From Eledone cirrhosa (taxonomy: Eukaryota): a DNA stretch of 64,000 nt. Positions 51,195 to 64,000 of the stretch are shown piece by piece. The position numbers and the translations under genes were made by a program. Position 1 is the first letter of the stretch, and each line of letters starts with the position of its first letter. The notes under the pieces are model-generated. The model was not told the origin of the DNA. It worked only from the letters and a program-made list of their open reading frames with translations, and made no database searches. The DNA lies in NCBI GenBank assembly GCA_964016885.1, contig OZ024763.1, positions 2,790,001 to 2,854,000 on the forward strand, written 5' to 3'.

Positions 51195-52074
51195 TAATCT
51201 AAGACTACGTTATTATTGTTTTCTTCTATTTTTTAAAAAAGACAGCAGGGTGTTATTTGAGGGTGATTTCTGTACTATTTCCAGCAGGACAATTGACTAC
51301 GTAGAGCCTCATTTGGTTGCACACATGGTCCCCTAACTCCTGAAGGAGTCACAAGGGTGCCATATTGGCATAGTGTTTCTAGGGCATTTTAAAACCTAGT
51401 GGAGCCCATCTCCTCTCCAGGTCTAAATACAATAGATTTCTTCCAGAGAAGGATAGATTGAGAGAGAGGAAGTGAGAAAGAGACATAGAGGAAAAATATA
51501 CCCCAATATTTGACTGGTACTTTATCGACCTCGAATGAATGAAAGGCGAAGTTGACCTTGAGAGCAGGGAGCTTTTTCTTGATCCCCTAGGGCCCGCATT
51601 AGGTGAAAACCTGCATTTTTCCTGCTTCATCGAGGAAAATCTTAAAGATTATCCAGCCATCAGAGTATTCGGTTTATTTTCTCTACATATTGTCCAGGCA
51701 TGCAGTTTTTCCACGATTAGGTCTGTTGGCAGCCCGTGTTCCAAAATACCTTATCCCGTGCAACGCCGGGTACCACTGCTAGTGAATACCATAAAGCTGT
51801 CTATCTGATGTTCTAATGATTGTCAATTTGTTCTGCTAATACAAATCAATAGAGTATTGAGTGGAGTCTGGCATTCTTTTTGGTCAGCTAATTTTTTTAA
51901 CCAATAGATCAATCTATTTTATTGTCAATATCACAACAGTTTGTTGTCTCCTTTTTAGTTCCAGAACATTTCATTAATAGTCTTTCTTGTATAAATAATT
52001 CTTTGTTTCTAACTTTACACAGTATAATATATTCACCCTATACTATCAAATAATTAATTATTTCAGTCTGTGGT

Positions 52075-52725
52075 GTTTGACATTTGGTGGAGCTGGGCTG
52101 CTGACAGTGAACAGTGAAGTTCTTGTCATTGTTAGTGGCTTACCTTAGCCTGGCCTTACCGAGGTGTCAGGTGATGCTCCAGAGAAAGCTTGGTTGTTTC
52201 AGCACCTTAGCCTCGTCATTGAGTTATCAGGTGATGTTCCTGGTTGCTTCAGCACCTGAGCCTCACATCACCTGGCCTTACCAAAGTGTTAGGGGATGCC
52301 TGTGAGGGTGCTTGGTTCTTTCTGTGGCTTAGCCTTGCTATCACCCGGTCTTACAGAGGTGTCAGGTGATGTTTGTGAGGATGTTTGGTTGTGCCATCAC
52401 CTAGCCTTACTGAGGTATCAGGTGATGCCTGTGAGGGTGTTTGGTTGTTTCACTGCCTTAGCCGCGCCATCACCTGTCCTTACCACGATGTCAGGTGATG
52501 TCTGTGAGGGTGCTTGCTTGTTTCAACACCTTAGCCTCGCCATCACCTGCAGTAAAGCTGCCTGCATGTTGGCTTGCCTCAAAAATTTCCAATGACCCTT
52601 GTGATGTGATGTGTGACTGATTGTCACACTTGGTGGTCAATTGATGGGGTTTGGGGTTTTTTTTCCTCTTGGATTGATTATATATTTTTGTGTATTTACA
52701 AGGTTCCTAGCAATAATTAATTGTA
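52075..52725 (-). mobile_element. Diverged partial copy of the 26920-28078 foldback family
   Basis: Shares gttggcttgcctcaaaa..tgacccttg..gattgtcacactt and degenerate internal units. Confidence 0.7.
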
Positions 52726-53544
52726 TATATTATATAGGTGTATACTTCAATTCTGTAAAAAGTATTTAAGTATTATATATATATTATATGTGTTTATATT
52801 TTCATTCTGTAAACATATCATCATCATCATCATCTCCGTTTAACGTCTATTTTCCACGCTAGCATGGGTTAGACGGGAGTTGTCCCACTTGAGGCAAGGC
52901 TGGTCGGGTGACCGTGTCTAGCTCATATAGGACTATCTGGCAGGTTTTCTACGGCTGGATGCCCTTCCTAACACCAACCACATTTACAATGTGGAACTGG
53001 GAACTTTTTACTGTGTTACCTACATGGCCACATTACAGCGTGGACTGTGTGTGTGTTTTTGTCGTGACACCTACACGAACTCGATCTCATTTTCTTGTGC
53101 TATTGGTGGGAGTTGATAGGGTAGGGGTAGTGGATTGGGGTGTATATTTGGTTAAGAGGTGCCTACTGACTGTAGGTTTCGCTTTGTACATATATATATG
53201 TATATATATGTATGTATATATATATATGTATATATATGTATGTATATATATATATGTATATATATGTATGTATATATATATATGTATATATATATATGTA
53301 TATATATGTATGTATATATATATATATGTATATATATGTATGTATATATATATATGTATATATATGTATGTATATATATATATGTGTATATATATGTATA
53401 TGTATGTATATATGTATATATGTATGTATATATGTATATTCTGTGACCTCTTCAGTGACTGGGGATTATTTTCTTTGTTTTTGTGCCTCTCCTTGGCGTA
53501 GGACAGAACAAAGGAGAGGCACAAAAACAAAGAAAAGAATCCCA

Positions 53545-53587
53545 GTCACTGAAGAGGTCACAGAATGTGTGACGAAAGAACTTTGAC
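53545..53587 (+). ncRNA. Minimal type I hammerhead motif (family H3)
   Basis: gtca CTGAAGA g gtcaca gaatg tgtgac GAAA gaactt tgac. Decayed copy at about 20798-20836. Confidence 0.7.
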
Positions 53588-53734
53588 AATATATAAACAG
53601 CCATCTCGTAGAACCAACCAACCAACATGAAATTTATAAATTCCTAAATTTATAAATTTATTATAATAAATTGAAGTGAAAGCAACTGGTACGTGTGTTT
53701 CTTATTGGCAACATGACCCTCCCAAGGTATAACA

Positions 53735-53826
<92 letters not shown>

Positions 53827-53837
53827 GTATATATATG

Positions 53838-53914
<77 letters not shown>

Positions 53915-54039
53915 GTATGTATATATATATATATATGTATGTATATATATATATATATGTATGTATATATATATATATATGTATGTATATATATATATAT
54001 ATGTATGTATATATATATATATATGTATGTATATGTATG

Positions 54040-54092
<53 letters not shown>

Positions 54093-54105
54093 GTATATAT
54101 ATATG

Positions 54106-54176
<71 letters not shown>

Positions 54177-54239
54177 GTATATATATATATGTATATATAT
54201 ATATGTATATATATATATGTATATATATATATGTATATG

Positions 54240-54302
<63 letters not shown>

Positions 54303-54352
54303 GTATATATATATATGTATATATATATATGTATATATATATATGTATATAT
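53735..54352. repeat. (TA)n/TG microsatellite tract
   Basis: Direct reading. Confidence 0.95.
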
Positions 54353-54424
54353 ACAGTTGTATAAATAACACTACAAATTGTTTATAGTTCTTATAGAATG
54401 AAAATATAAACAGAAATAATAAAT

Positions 54425-54950
54425 ATAATTAATTATTGCAGAGAACCTCACAAATATAGCGCACAAAATCAATAATATATGATCAAAGCAAGATGAAAAA
54501 AAACAAAAACAAAACATCAATTCACTATTAAGTGCGACAATCGACTGCACACCACACCACATTACATTACACTACACCACATTACATTACACTACACCAC
54601 ATTACATTACACCACACCACATTACACTACACCACATTACATTACACTACACTACACCACATTACACTACACTACACCACATTGCATTACACTACACCAC
54701 ATTACACTACACACCATTACACTACACCACACCACAGTACACTACATCACACCATACCACACTACAAAGGTCAACGGAAATATTTGAGGCAAGCCAACAC
54801 ATTCGCCGCATTACCGTGGGTGATGGTAAGGCTAAGGTGCTAAAACAACCAAACACCCTTCACCAGGAGCATCACCTGAAACCTTGGTAAGGTGAGCCAC
54901 TAACGATGACAAGAACTTCGCTGGCAGCAACCCACCTCCACCAAACGTCT
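54425..54950 (+). mobile_element. Partial foldback-family copy with (CACTA/CACCA)n expansion
   Basis: Inverted homologue of 52075-52725. Confidence 0.7.
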
Positions 54951-54960
54951 CGAACGATAC

Positions 54961-55008
54961 CCGTTTTCCGATAAAGTTTGTTGAACCTGGTGATGGAGAC
55001 ACTACAGG
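54961..55008 (-). CDS. Candidate 48-nt exon (PVVSPSPGSTNFIGKR)
   Basis: Minus ctatttttccAG | cctgtagtg...ggaaaacgg | GTatcg. Confidence 0.4.
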
Positions 55009-56093
55009 CTGGAAAAATAGTTATTATATTCACAGAAAAGTAATAATCATATTTTGGGTGTTAATAAACATTTCTGCTTGATTCGAAAGTCTGTCTAATG
55101 TTTGTCTTAAGCAAGGAGGTTCGTTTGGCCAGTGCTTATACTGGTTTTCTGTGTGATGAAGCGACTGAGGGTACAAAACTCTCCCTCCACGTGGACAGGA
55201 CACCAGACTAAAGCCTGTTACAGGCCAGGAGGCTAATCAAGTCGGTGCTTAACCCAGTTTTCGTGGCGTGAAGCGACTGCTAGAGCAAAACTTCCCCTGC
55301 ACGTGTACAGGACACCAGTCCATCGCAGGGTTAAAGCCCCAGCTACCGCTGCTGGTACTCATTTTTAGCAGAGTATACTGGAGCAACGTGAAATGAAGTG
55401 TTTTGCTCAAGAATACAACACAACAGACAACCCAGTTCAGGTATCGAACCCACATTATGATAGTAAATCCATCAACCTTTACCACTAAGCCAGGTAGAAA
55501 TATGGTAACGAAAGGGTTATCTCGGTTTCCATGGCGGATATCGACTGAGAGCACCAGACTTCCTCACTGGACAGAACACCAGTCCAGCTCAGGGTTAAAC
55601 CTCCAGCTATTGCTGGTACTCAGCTGAGTATACTGGAGCAACGTGAAATGAAGTGTTTTGCTCAAGAACACAACACAACACAAAACCCTGTCCAGGAATC
55701 AAACCCACGACATTATGATCTTAAGTCCAACACACTTACCACTAGGCCTTGTGCCTCCACAATTGATTAATCATATATATATTATATACGTCTATATTTT
55801 CATTCTGTAAGAAGTATTCGTTAAGTAATGTATATATTAAATATATTACTTGTCTATATTTTCGTTCTGTAAGAAATATCCATTATATACATATATCGTC
55901 TGTGTCTATATTTCATTCTGTAAGAAGCCTTCATTAAGTACTGTATGTATGTATGTGTATATATATATATATATATATCGATTTTGCGGTGTAAAAGCTC
56001 CGACAATTAAATTAAGCGAGATAACGAAGTGAAGAAGGGGAAAAAAAATGAGTGTAAGACTAAATTATCTCCCTTGAATATTTTGCCCCGTAC

Positions 56094-56125
56094 CCGGTGT
56101 CGTACGTTTACTCCTAATTTCCAAT
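56094..56125 (-). CDS. Candidate 32-nt exon (DWKLGVNVRHR)
   Basis: Minus aataatttcAG | attggaaatt...acaccgg | GTacgg. Confidence 0.35.
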
Positions 56126-56323
56126 CTGAAATTATTCTCAAATCGATAAATATGTTTACTTTAAACGTCTACGAATAATTTTTTCCTGTTTTATTTTTAA
56201 AAATTAATATTATTTTTCTAAAATATATAAAACTAGGGAATATTTTTTTATACTTATTTTCTTCTCCTTTTTTCGTCAGAATTTACCCCCTACCCCACCA
56301 AAAAAATTAGTTATTTACTTAAC

Positions 56324-56333
56324 CTACCACCAT
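56324..56333 (-). CDS. Candidate start of minus-strand gene (ATG GTG GTA G)
   Basis: Followed by donor GTtaag. A second ATG in another frame lies at 56365-56367. Confidence 0.3.
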
Positions 56334-56369
56334 GTGATAGATAATAAAATATTTTATTTTCATACATAC

Positions 56370-56413
<44 letters not shown>

Positions 56414-56628
56414 TTCGTGGCCTAATAGTCCTTGTTCTTCCCCTTTTTATGGCATTTATAGTCCTTTCCTTTACTTTTTTATACAGCCAGATCTGCCCTT
56501 CATTACCCCTTGCCCCTTTCCCCCTTTTTTTCCATTACTTAATTTAGACTTTACCCTTTTTTTTTATATATTTCCATCATTGTATAACTTTTGTTCAATA
56601 TACATATATAAATATATATATATATACA

Positions 56629-56670
<42 letters not shown>

Positions 56671-56949
56671 TTTTTTTGATTTTTTTTCTTTAAATTAATT
56701 GAACAATTTTTTTTTAAATTGCAGATTTCGTTTGATCTATGATATTAGCATCTACCAACGTTATCAATCAGTTTAAAACAACTGATTTAGTAAGCAAGAC
56801 AATTTAATCTCCTCGGGCTGATTTTAACATGGGAACTATTGTTTGTATATTCAAGATGGAGTTTCGACGCTTGGAGGTTTGTTCATATTTCAGGTAAGGA
56901 AATTCCTCAACTGACGAACCAATTATTTTGGCCTTTAACCTTTTCAAAC

Positions 56950-57260
56950 CTCGTTGATATTATTGTCCGTAGAATAAGCAACTCTCGGTGTTGGTTTATT
57001 CACGGGTTTTTCTCCTCCTTGTTAGTTAATTCAGGCCACGAAATGTTAGTAGCGACGGCTACTTTAATTTATCGGAATAGCCAGTACGTTCGCTGGTGCT
57101 GGCTGGCTCTCTCTTTCTCTCTGTCTCTGTCTCTCTCACAGCCAGCCCCTTTCAGTTATGTCCTTGCTGGCTAAATCGTCATCGCTGGACAAAAGACTGG
57201 CCATCTTTATCGCTTGTGTAACATTAATCGGCTTGTTTAAAAACAACTGGGGTCTGTATA
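56950..57260. promoter_or_regulatory. Candidate promoter/5' UTR island
   Basis: Unique sequence visibly richer in CpG than the surroundings, with a (CT)n tract, upstream of the candidate minus-strand start. Confidence 0.35.
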
Positions 57261-58691
57261 TATCTGTGTGCGTGCGTATATATGTATATATGCTTGTGTG
57301 TGTGTGTGTATATATATATGTATTATATACAAGATATATATATATACACGAAATGTATATCTATCTATCTATATCTTGTATGTCTCTCTCTCTCTATATA
57401 TATATATATATTGTATATCTGTGTGTGTATGTATATATATATATATTAATATATATATATATAATGCCAATCTCATATATACAAGATATATATATATTAC
57501 GATATAATATTCAGACTAAAAGCTTAATTATCCTTCCATTCTATATTTTTTAAATATTCATCTGATACTAATTGGGGAAATATATTTCTAGGTTCGGCTT
57601 TATCATCATCAAAACCTCCCAAAAAAAACTAAGATAAACTGAACGAAAAAATAGAATTAAAAATATGAGTTTGGACTCTTTCTAGTTTACACGCTGTCGA
57701 GGTTGTTTGTTATTTTGGTAATATTTTTTTTTGTGTGTAATGTAAACAAACTGGATTATATTTTATGGCGAAAATACACTATAGCTCACACACGCACAAC
57801 TTATTAACTAATTTAATCATATATTGGAGGTTATTTCTCTCTTCTTTTGAAGAAATATTATTATTGTAACTATTATTACTACTAATAATAATGATTTTGT
57901 TAATAATAATAATAATTGTTTCTAAAATAAGCACAAGGCCAGCAACTTAGGGCAAAGGGGAAAGTTGATTAAATCAACCCCAGTGCGTTAGACTATATAT
58001 ATATACATACACACATTTGTATAGATGTACACACACACACATATATATACATACAGGGACCCCCCCCCAAAAAAAAAAAAATATATATACATACTTTGAT
58101 TACCTGTACAGGCAATATTAGAATGCTATTTTGGGGACACCCTGTATACTCACACAAATACATACACACACACATATATATTAATATATAATCGATCCCT
58201 TGAAGCAAAATTGATTTCAAGACGATAATAATGGTTTCTAAATTAGGCACAACGCCACCAATTTTGCTGGGGACAGGCGAAAGTCTATTAATTCGACCCC
58301 AGTATAAAGTGGTCCTAATAAGAATCGTTTCTGATTTAGGCACAAGGCCGGCAATTTTGCACAGGGGAGGGGAAAGTCGCTTAAATGGACACCAGTGTAT
58401 GACTGGTACTTTATTTTATCGAGACCCCGTAAGAATGAAAGGCAAAGCTAACCTCGGCGAGATTTGAACCCAGAATGTAAAGGGCCGTAACTCTATCGCC
58501 GCAAAGCCTGTTGTCCGACGCTCTACAGATTCTGCCAATCCACCGCCTTTAATAAAGCTTCTTTATATAAGTAAAATATGACGAATATTTACATACGATG
58601 ATAACGGTAAAAATACTGTGCAAACATGGAAGGGAAGTTTCTTTTTACAACGCACCAGGTCAGTTTGGCTACTTGTGTGTGTGTATATATA

Positions 58692-58722
<31 letters not shown>

Positions 58723-59132
58723 GTGTGTGTGTGTATGGAGAGAAATATGTGTATTGTCCGCTGTGTATTGGGTAGGTGTCCGTTCTCTACTACAGCCACT
58801 AGTTGACCAATATCTTGTGAGGGGAATTCGGTAGTCAGGTGTAAAAAAAAAACCCGTTATAAATACATACGTATGTACTGATTTATTTTTTTTATCTGTT
58901 TGTCTTTGTGTTTATATATACGAATATATATATGTATGTATGTATGTGTGTGTGTTTATATATATATATTATGTGTGTCAATTATATATATATATATATG
59001 TGTGTATGTGTTTATATATATCATCGTTGTCCGTTTTGACGTCCGCTTTCTCTGCTAGCAAGTGTTGGATGGGTCTACATACACCAAGTCCGTAATGAAG
59101 CGGAGCCACTGATCTCCCAAGCAAGACAGGGA

Positions 59133-59190
<58 letters not shown>

Positions 59191-59342
59191 GAAGGGGTTT
59201 GAGCTTAACGTGACACTAGTTTAAAAGCTGGGGTCATATCCTATTTTAGCATATTAATTATTCTGAATGAAATTCGAAGACAGGAAGTCGAAAACTGTTG
59301 CATCAACACAAACGATGAAATGTACATATTTTCTGTATGTGT

Positions 59343-59374
<32 letters not shown>

Positions 59375-59537
59375 TTAAGGGTGTCCCCTAAAAAATCTAT
59401 ACATACTACCTGTACAAGCAATATTTATTAAAATGGTGTATACATGTTTTGAGACACCCTGTGTGTGTATATATCATGTATACTACCATGACTGAATCTT
59501 AACCATCTACTATGTCAGGGTATGTCATGCATCATCT

Positions 59538-59604
59538 TATTTTATCTGATGAGAACGTACTGTTGAACTTAACTCAGTACCTCTGAAATATGTATAATAA
59601 AATA
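59538..59604 (+). ncRNA. Type I hammerhead motif (H1)
   Basis: tattttat CTGATGA gaacgtactg..cagtacctct GAAA tatgtata ataaaata. Confidence 0.65.
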
Positions 59605-60209
59605 TAATTGATCACAAGAATATCTATTTTGTTAATATTTTGAATTAATATTAATAACTCTGGAAAACCTTTTTTACTGTTGAGTGCTTCCAATCTATTG
59701 TAAAACTCATTCTTTGATGTAATCATTGAACCTTGTTTAACTTTTAAATATATAATGTATATATATATAAAAATATTTTTGTATATTTATTTTATTAAGG
59801 CTCAATAGTGAGTGAGTCTTGTTACTCTGGAGTTTCACCTGTTTATAAAGGTGAATTAATGTGAGGTATCTTGAAGATGTAATTATATATATATATATAT
59901 ATTAGTTACAACAGTGACATATACAGGTACTTAAGTTTCGTTGGGTTATACACACCCCAACTCATTCAGTCTGTTATATAAAAAGAAAATAAGATAATGA
60001 CTATATTTACTATCATCTCTTTTTTTCTTACCTGATAACTATTCCTCTTAGCTATCAACGTACTGTGGTGAGATGTATTGTCTTTAATGCGTCGAAACAT
60101 CAGCAACCCACAACAGGTAGCTGAAGAGTGGGAATTGTCTTTGTGTTTCTCTTATGTTTTCTAAATAATATTTATTAATAACCACACAAGGCCTTTGTCA
60201 CTTTTAATT

Positions 60210-60248
<39 letters not shown>

Positions 60249-60293
60249 AGATCAAAAGATGGTTAAAAGAGTTCCAGTACTTATATATATATA

Positions 60294-60630
60294 TGGAGGC
60301 ACATGGCTTAGAGGTTAGAGCATTGGCCTTGCAATCGAAAGGTTGTGAGTTCAATTCTCAGACCGGGTGATGTGTTGTTTCCTTGAGCAAGACACTTTTT
60401 CAAATTGCTCCAGTTTGCTCAGCTGTAGAAATGAGATGATAGGAACTATGGTCCCTATCATTCCACTGTAAAGTGGACGTGGAGGTGCCACGGCAAAAAA
60501 AGCACCCAGCACTCACTGTAAATGAGGTTGGTGTTAGGAAGGGCATCCAGCTGTAGAAATCAAACCAGAATCAGTTCCCGTCCCACCCTTGCAAGCAGGG
60601 AAAAGCAGACGTAAAATGATATAATGATGA
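60294..60630 (+). mobile_element. SINE B copy
   Basis: Matches 44160-44550. Confidence 0.85.
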
Positions 60631-60759
60631 TATATATATGTAAAAGGTAAACAGAAATAACAACACAATCAGTACAGTATATGGAAGGAATATATATATA
60701 TGGTGTGTAGATACAAAGACCATGTGTATGTATGTAGAGACCTGAAAATCCGCCTCTTC

Positions 60760-61030
60760 ATTGCTGTATGTGCTGCTGTATGGGTCTGAGACTTGGACAC
60801 TGACCAAGAGACTCACTCAGATGGTGGATGGGTGCTACACGAGAATGCTGAGGATGGCTCTGAACATTAATCAGTATACACTGAGGATGAAAAACTCAGA
60901 GCTGTATGGGAGCATCCCAAAAGTCAGCTCAAAAGTGACACAGAGGAGACTGAGGTTGGCTGGACATGCTCACCGACATCCAGAGTTGACATTGCACTCA
61001 GTGCTCCTTTGGGAGCCCCTACATGGACAT
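60760..61030 (+). mobile_element. RTE-like LINE internal fragment
   Basis: LLYGSETWTLT...DGCYTRMLR...RRLRLAGH..RH...LLWEP. Confidence 0.85.
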
Positions 61031-61109
61031 GTATGTATATAGAGAGAGAATGTGTGTATGTGTATATATATGTGTATTTATATATTTATATATATATATA
61101 CCCCGTTCT

Positions 61110-61410
61110 ATGTAAAGTTATGTTGGTGCCGCGCCATCCAGGCCGAAACAAATGAGATCGTGTAGGTGTCACGACAAAAAAACACACAGTCCACGCTGTA
61201 ATGTGGCCGTGTAGGCAACACGGTATAAACCTCCCAGACCCACACTGTAAATGTGGTTGGTGTTAGGAAGGGCATCCAACTGTAGAAAACCTGCCAGACA
61301 GTCCTATGCGAGCAAGACAATCACTCTTGCCTCAAGTGGGACTACCCCCGTCCAAACCCATGCAACCGTGGAACACGGACGTTAAACGTTGATGATGATG
61401 ATGATGATGA
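61110..61410 (+). mobile_element. SINE-like family C copy
   Basis: tgtaaatgtggttggtgttaggaagggcatcca core and (TGA)n tail. Confidence 0.75.
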
Positions 61411-61486
61411 TATAATATATGAATCTAAAAATGACACCAAATTACTGGGACAGCTGTGTTTGACAGCAGCATAATAATAATAATAA

Positions 61487-61669
61487 CAATTGTTTCTACT
61501 TTAGGCACAAGGCCAGCAATTACCCAGTGCATTACTGGTACTTTATTTTATCGACCCCGTAAGGATGAAAGGCAAAGTCAACCTCGGCGGGATTTGAACT
61601 CAGATCGTAAAGGGACGTAACTCTGCTGCAAAGCATGGCGTCCGACCCTTTACCGATACTGCCAATCCA
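61487..61669 (-). mobile_element. SINE A copy
   Basis: Matches family consensus. Confidence 0.85.
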
Positions 61670-61692
61670 TAATAATAATAATTACATGTAGA

Positions 61693-62332
61693 TACTACTA
61701 CTGCTGCTGTAATTACAATTACTACTACTTCCACTACTACTATTATTATAACTCTTATAATTACTGTTACTACTACCATTACTGCAATGCTACTACTACT
61801 CACGTTACCACTACTACTATTACTACTGTCATCATCACTACCACCACCACCATCACCAATACTACTATTACTATAACTTATAATTACTGTTTCTACTACC
61901 ATTAGTGCAATGCTACTACTACTAACACTGCTACTACTACTACTATTATTACTGTCATCACCACTACCGCCACAACAACCACTAGTATTTTTACAACTGC
62001 CACTACCATCACCACCACCACTACTACTACCACCACCACCACCACTACTACTACCACCACCACCACTACCACCACCACCACCACCACCACCACTAATACT
62101 ACAATCACTACCACCACCATTACCACTACTGCTACTATCACTACCACAGCCATCACTAATACTACAATCACTACCACCACATCACCACTACCACTAACAT
62201 CACTAATACTACAACCACTACCACCATCACCACTACTACCACCACTAATACTACAATCACTACCACCACCATCACCACTAATACTACAATCACTACCATC
62301 ACCATCACTACTACCACCACTACTACAATCAC
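61693..62332. repeat. (ACT/ACC)n trinucleotide repeat
   Basis: Direct reading. Confidence 0.95.
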
Positions 62333-62701
62333 TTTTATTAAACACATGTAGGGCTGTGTATTTCCTAAGAAATATGGTAACAAAAGAGTTAATTTGACAC
62401 ATGTAGGCTGAGGTATTTGATTAGAAATACTAGCAGAAAAACCACCCCCGAGCAGTTTTGTGCTAGCATGTGTAGTGTACATATTGATATTATACACAAA
62501 TATATATGCATGTAGATATGATACATAAATTGAAAAGTAAATTGACAATATACACAGAAAATGAACCAAGACTTGCACCTTCTTCCGTAATCAGTAAAGT
62601 AATCCATGATACATTTAAAGATATTATACATAAATAGCATTACAGTGAAATGTTCTGAAAATGAAAAAGGAGAAAATCAGATTAGTGACAGAAATATAAA
62701 C

Positions 62702-63241
62702 GTTATGATATAACGATGAAAATATACCATACTGTGGAGTGTTATGATATAACAAGGAAAATATATGGTACTGTGGAGTGATATGATATAACAAGGAAAA
62801 TATACGGTACTGCGGAGTGTTATGATATAACAAGGAAAATATATGGTACTGCGGAGTGTTATGATATAACAAGGAAAATATACGGTACTGCGGAGTGTTA
62901 TGATATAACAAGGAAAATATACGGTACTGCGGAGTGTTATGATATAACAATGAAAATATATGGTACTGGGAAGTGTTATGATATAACAATGAAATATACC
63001 ATACTGCGGAGTGTTATGATATAACAATGAAATATACCATACTGCGGAGTGTTATGATATAACAATGAAATATACGGTACTGCGGAGTGTTATGATATAA
63101 CAATGAAAATATACCGTACTGGGAAGTGTTATGATATAACAATGAAAATATACCATACTGCGGAGTGTTATGATATAACAATGAAATATACCATACTGCG
63201 GAGTGTTATGATATAACAATGAAAATATACCATGATATAAC
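62702..63241. repeat. 38/39-bp minisatellite (gttatgatataacaaggaaaatatacggtactgcggagt)
   Basis: About 14 units. Confidence 0.95.
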
Positions 63242-63300
63242 GGACACTAACGGAAGTTGACATTTGACAGTTTTAACAGAAGTGAATCTTGAAATAAGTA
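63241..63300 (+). promoter_or_regulatory. Candidate promoter with ETS-type CGGAAGT motif
   Basis: cggaagt at 63251-63257, about 430 bp upstream of an ATG-bearing exon. Confidence 0.35.
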
Positions 63301-63746
63301 ATACATTATATATAAGATTATTTATGTTTAATCCAGAGCTAAGAAATTTAAAGATAAATTACATAATATTCATTCATGATTTATTCAAAGTAATCCGACT
63401 TATTTTAATAACGTAATGAAAAATAATAAACTGGACACAGTTTCGCAGTTCTCTAATCATTATATATAAAGAAAAGGGTTTATTTCAGATATGTGGCCTC
63501 TGTATTTCCTTGGAAATATGGTAAGAAAAGGGTTTATTTTAGACATTTGGCCTGTGTATTTCCTCAGAAATATGGCAACGAAAGGATTAAAGCAGTAAAA
63601 AAATTAAAAGAATTAACCATAATGTCCAAGACTCTTCTATTAACTTTTTTTCTCATTTCTGCCATATTTACTCTTCCAGATTAACTAATTCTCAGCCTCA
63701 ACAATAGTCTCTACTGTGGCCTCTCCTTCTCTTCCTAACATCCTAC

Positions 63747-63775
63747 ATGACCAGCAACAATGACGTCCTCTTCAC
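63747..63775 (+). CDS. Probable first coding segment of an unidentified gene (MTSNNDVLF..)
   Basis: Exon 63680-63775 has a strong acceptor (tttactcttccAG) and a perfect GTAAGT donor. No frame is open across the whole exon, so it is a start or UTR exon. Alternative ATG at 63760. Confidence 0.5.
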
Positions 63776-64000
63776 GTAAGTACCAACATTGCTTTAATTT
63801 TTACTTCTGAGGTGTTCTTCTCTTCCTCTTCTACCACCATCACCATTATCATCACCATCATCACTATCATCATCACCACCACCACTTTCATTATCGTCAT
63901 CACCACCATCATCATTACTCTCTTACTTCCATTTACAACTCTGGCATGGGTTGGACGGGTTCCTCTTGTCCCATCCTTCTTTATACTCCATCATCATCAT

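Overview
Eukaryotic, AT-rich, microsatellite- and retroelement-dense DNA. The repeat families suggest an octopod cephalopod, but this is inference. Almost all ORFs in the supplied track are translations of simple repeats. What the sequence supports: (1) the last five coding exons of a Rap1GAP-like gene on + (47-9587), joined in frame through canonical GT-AG sites; (2) a tentative six-exon gene built of tiny exons on - (56.3 kb to 20.6 kb), open in two reading frames; (3) the probable promoter and first coding exon of a third gene on + (63.2-63.8 kb); (4) decayed non-LTR retrotransposons (CR1-like, Tx1-like, RTE-like, Dong/R4-like), three SINE-like families, several MITE families and many minisatellites. 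The most striking signal is about ten type I hammerhead-ribozyme motifs of four sequence families. Some show compensatory base changes and some are arranged as inverted pairs, as is typical of Penelope-like element termini. All calls were made by eye and repeat boundaries are approximate.
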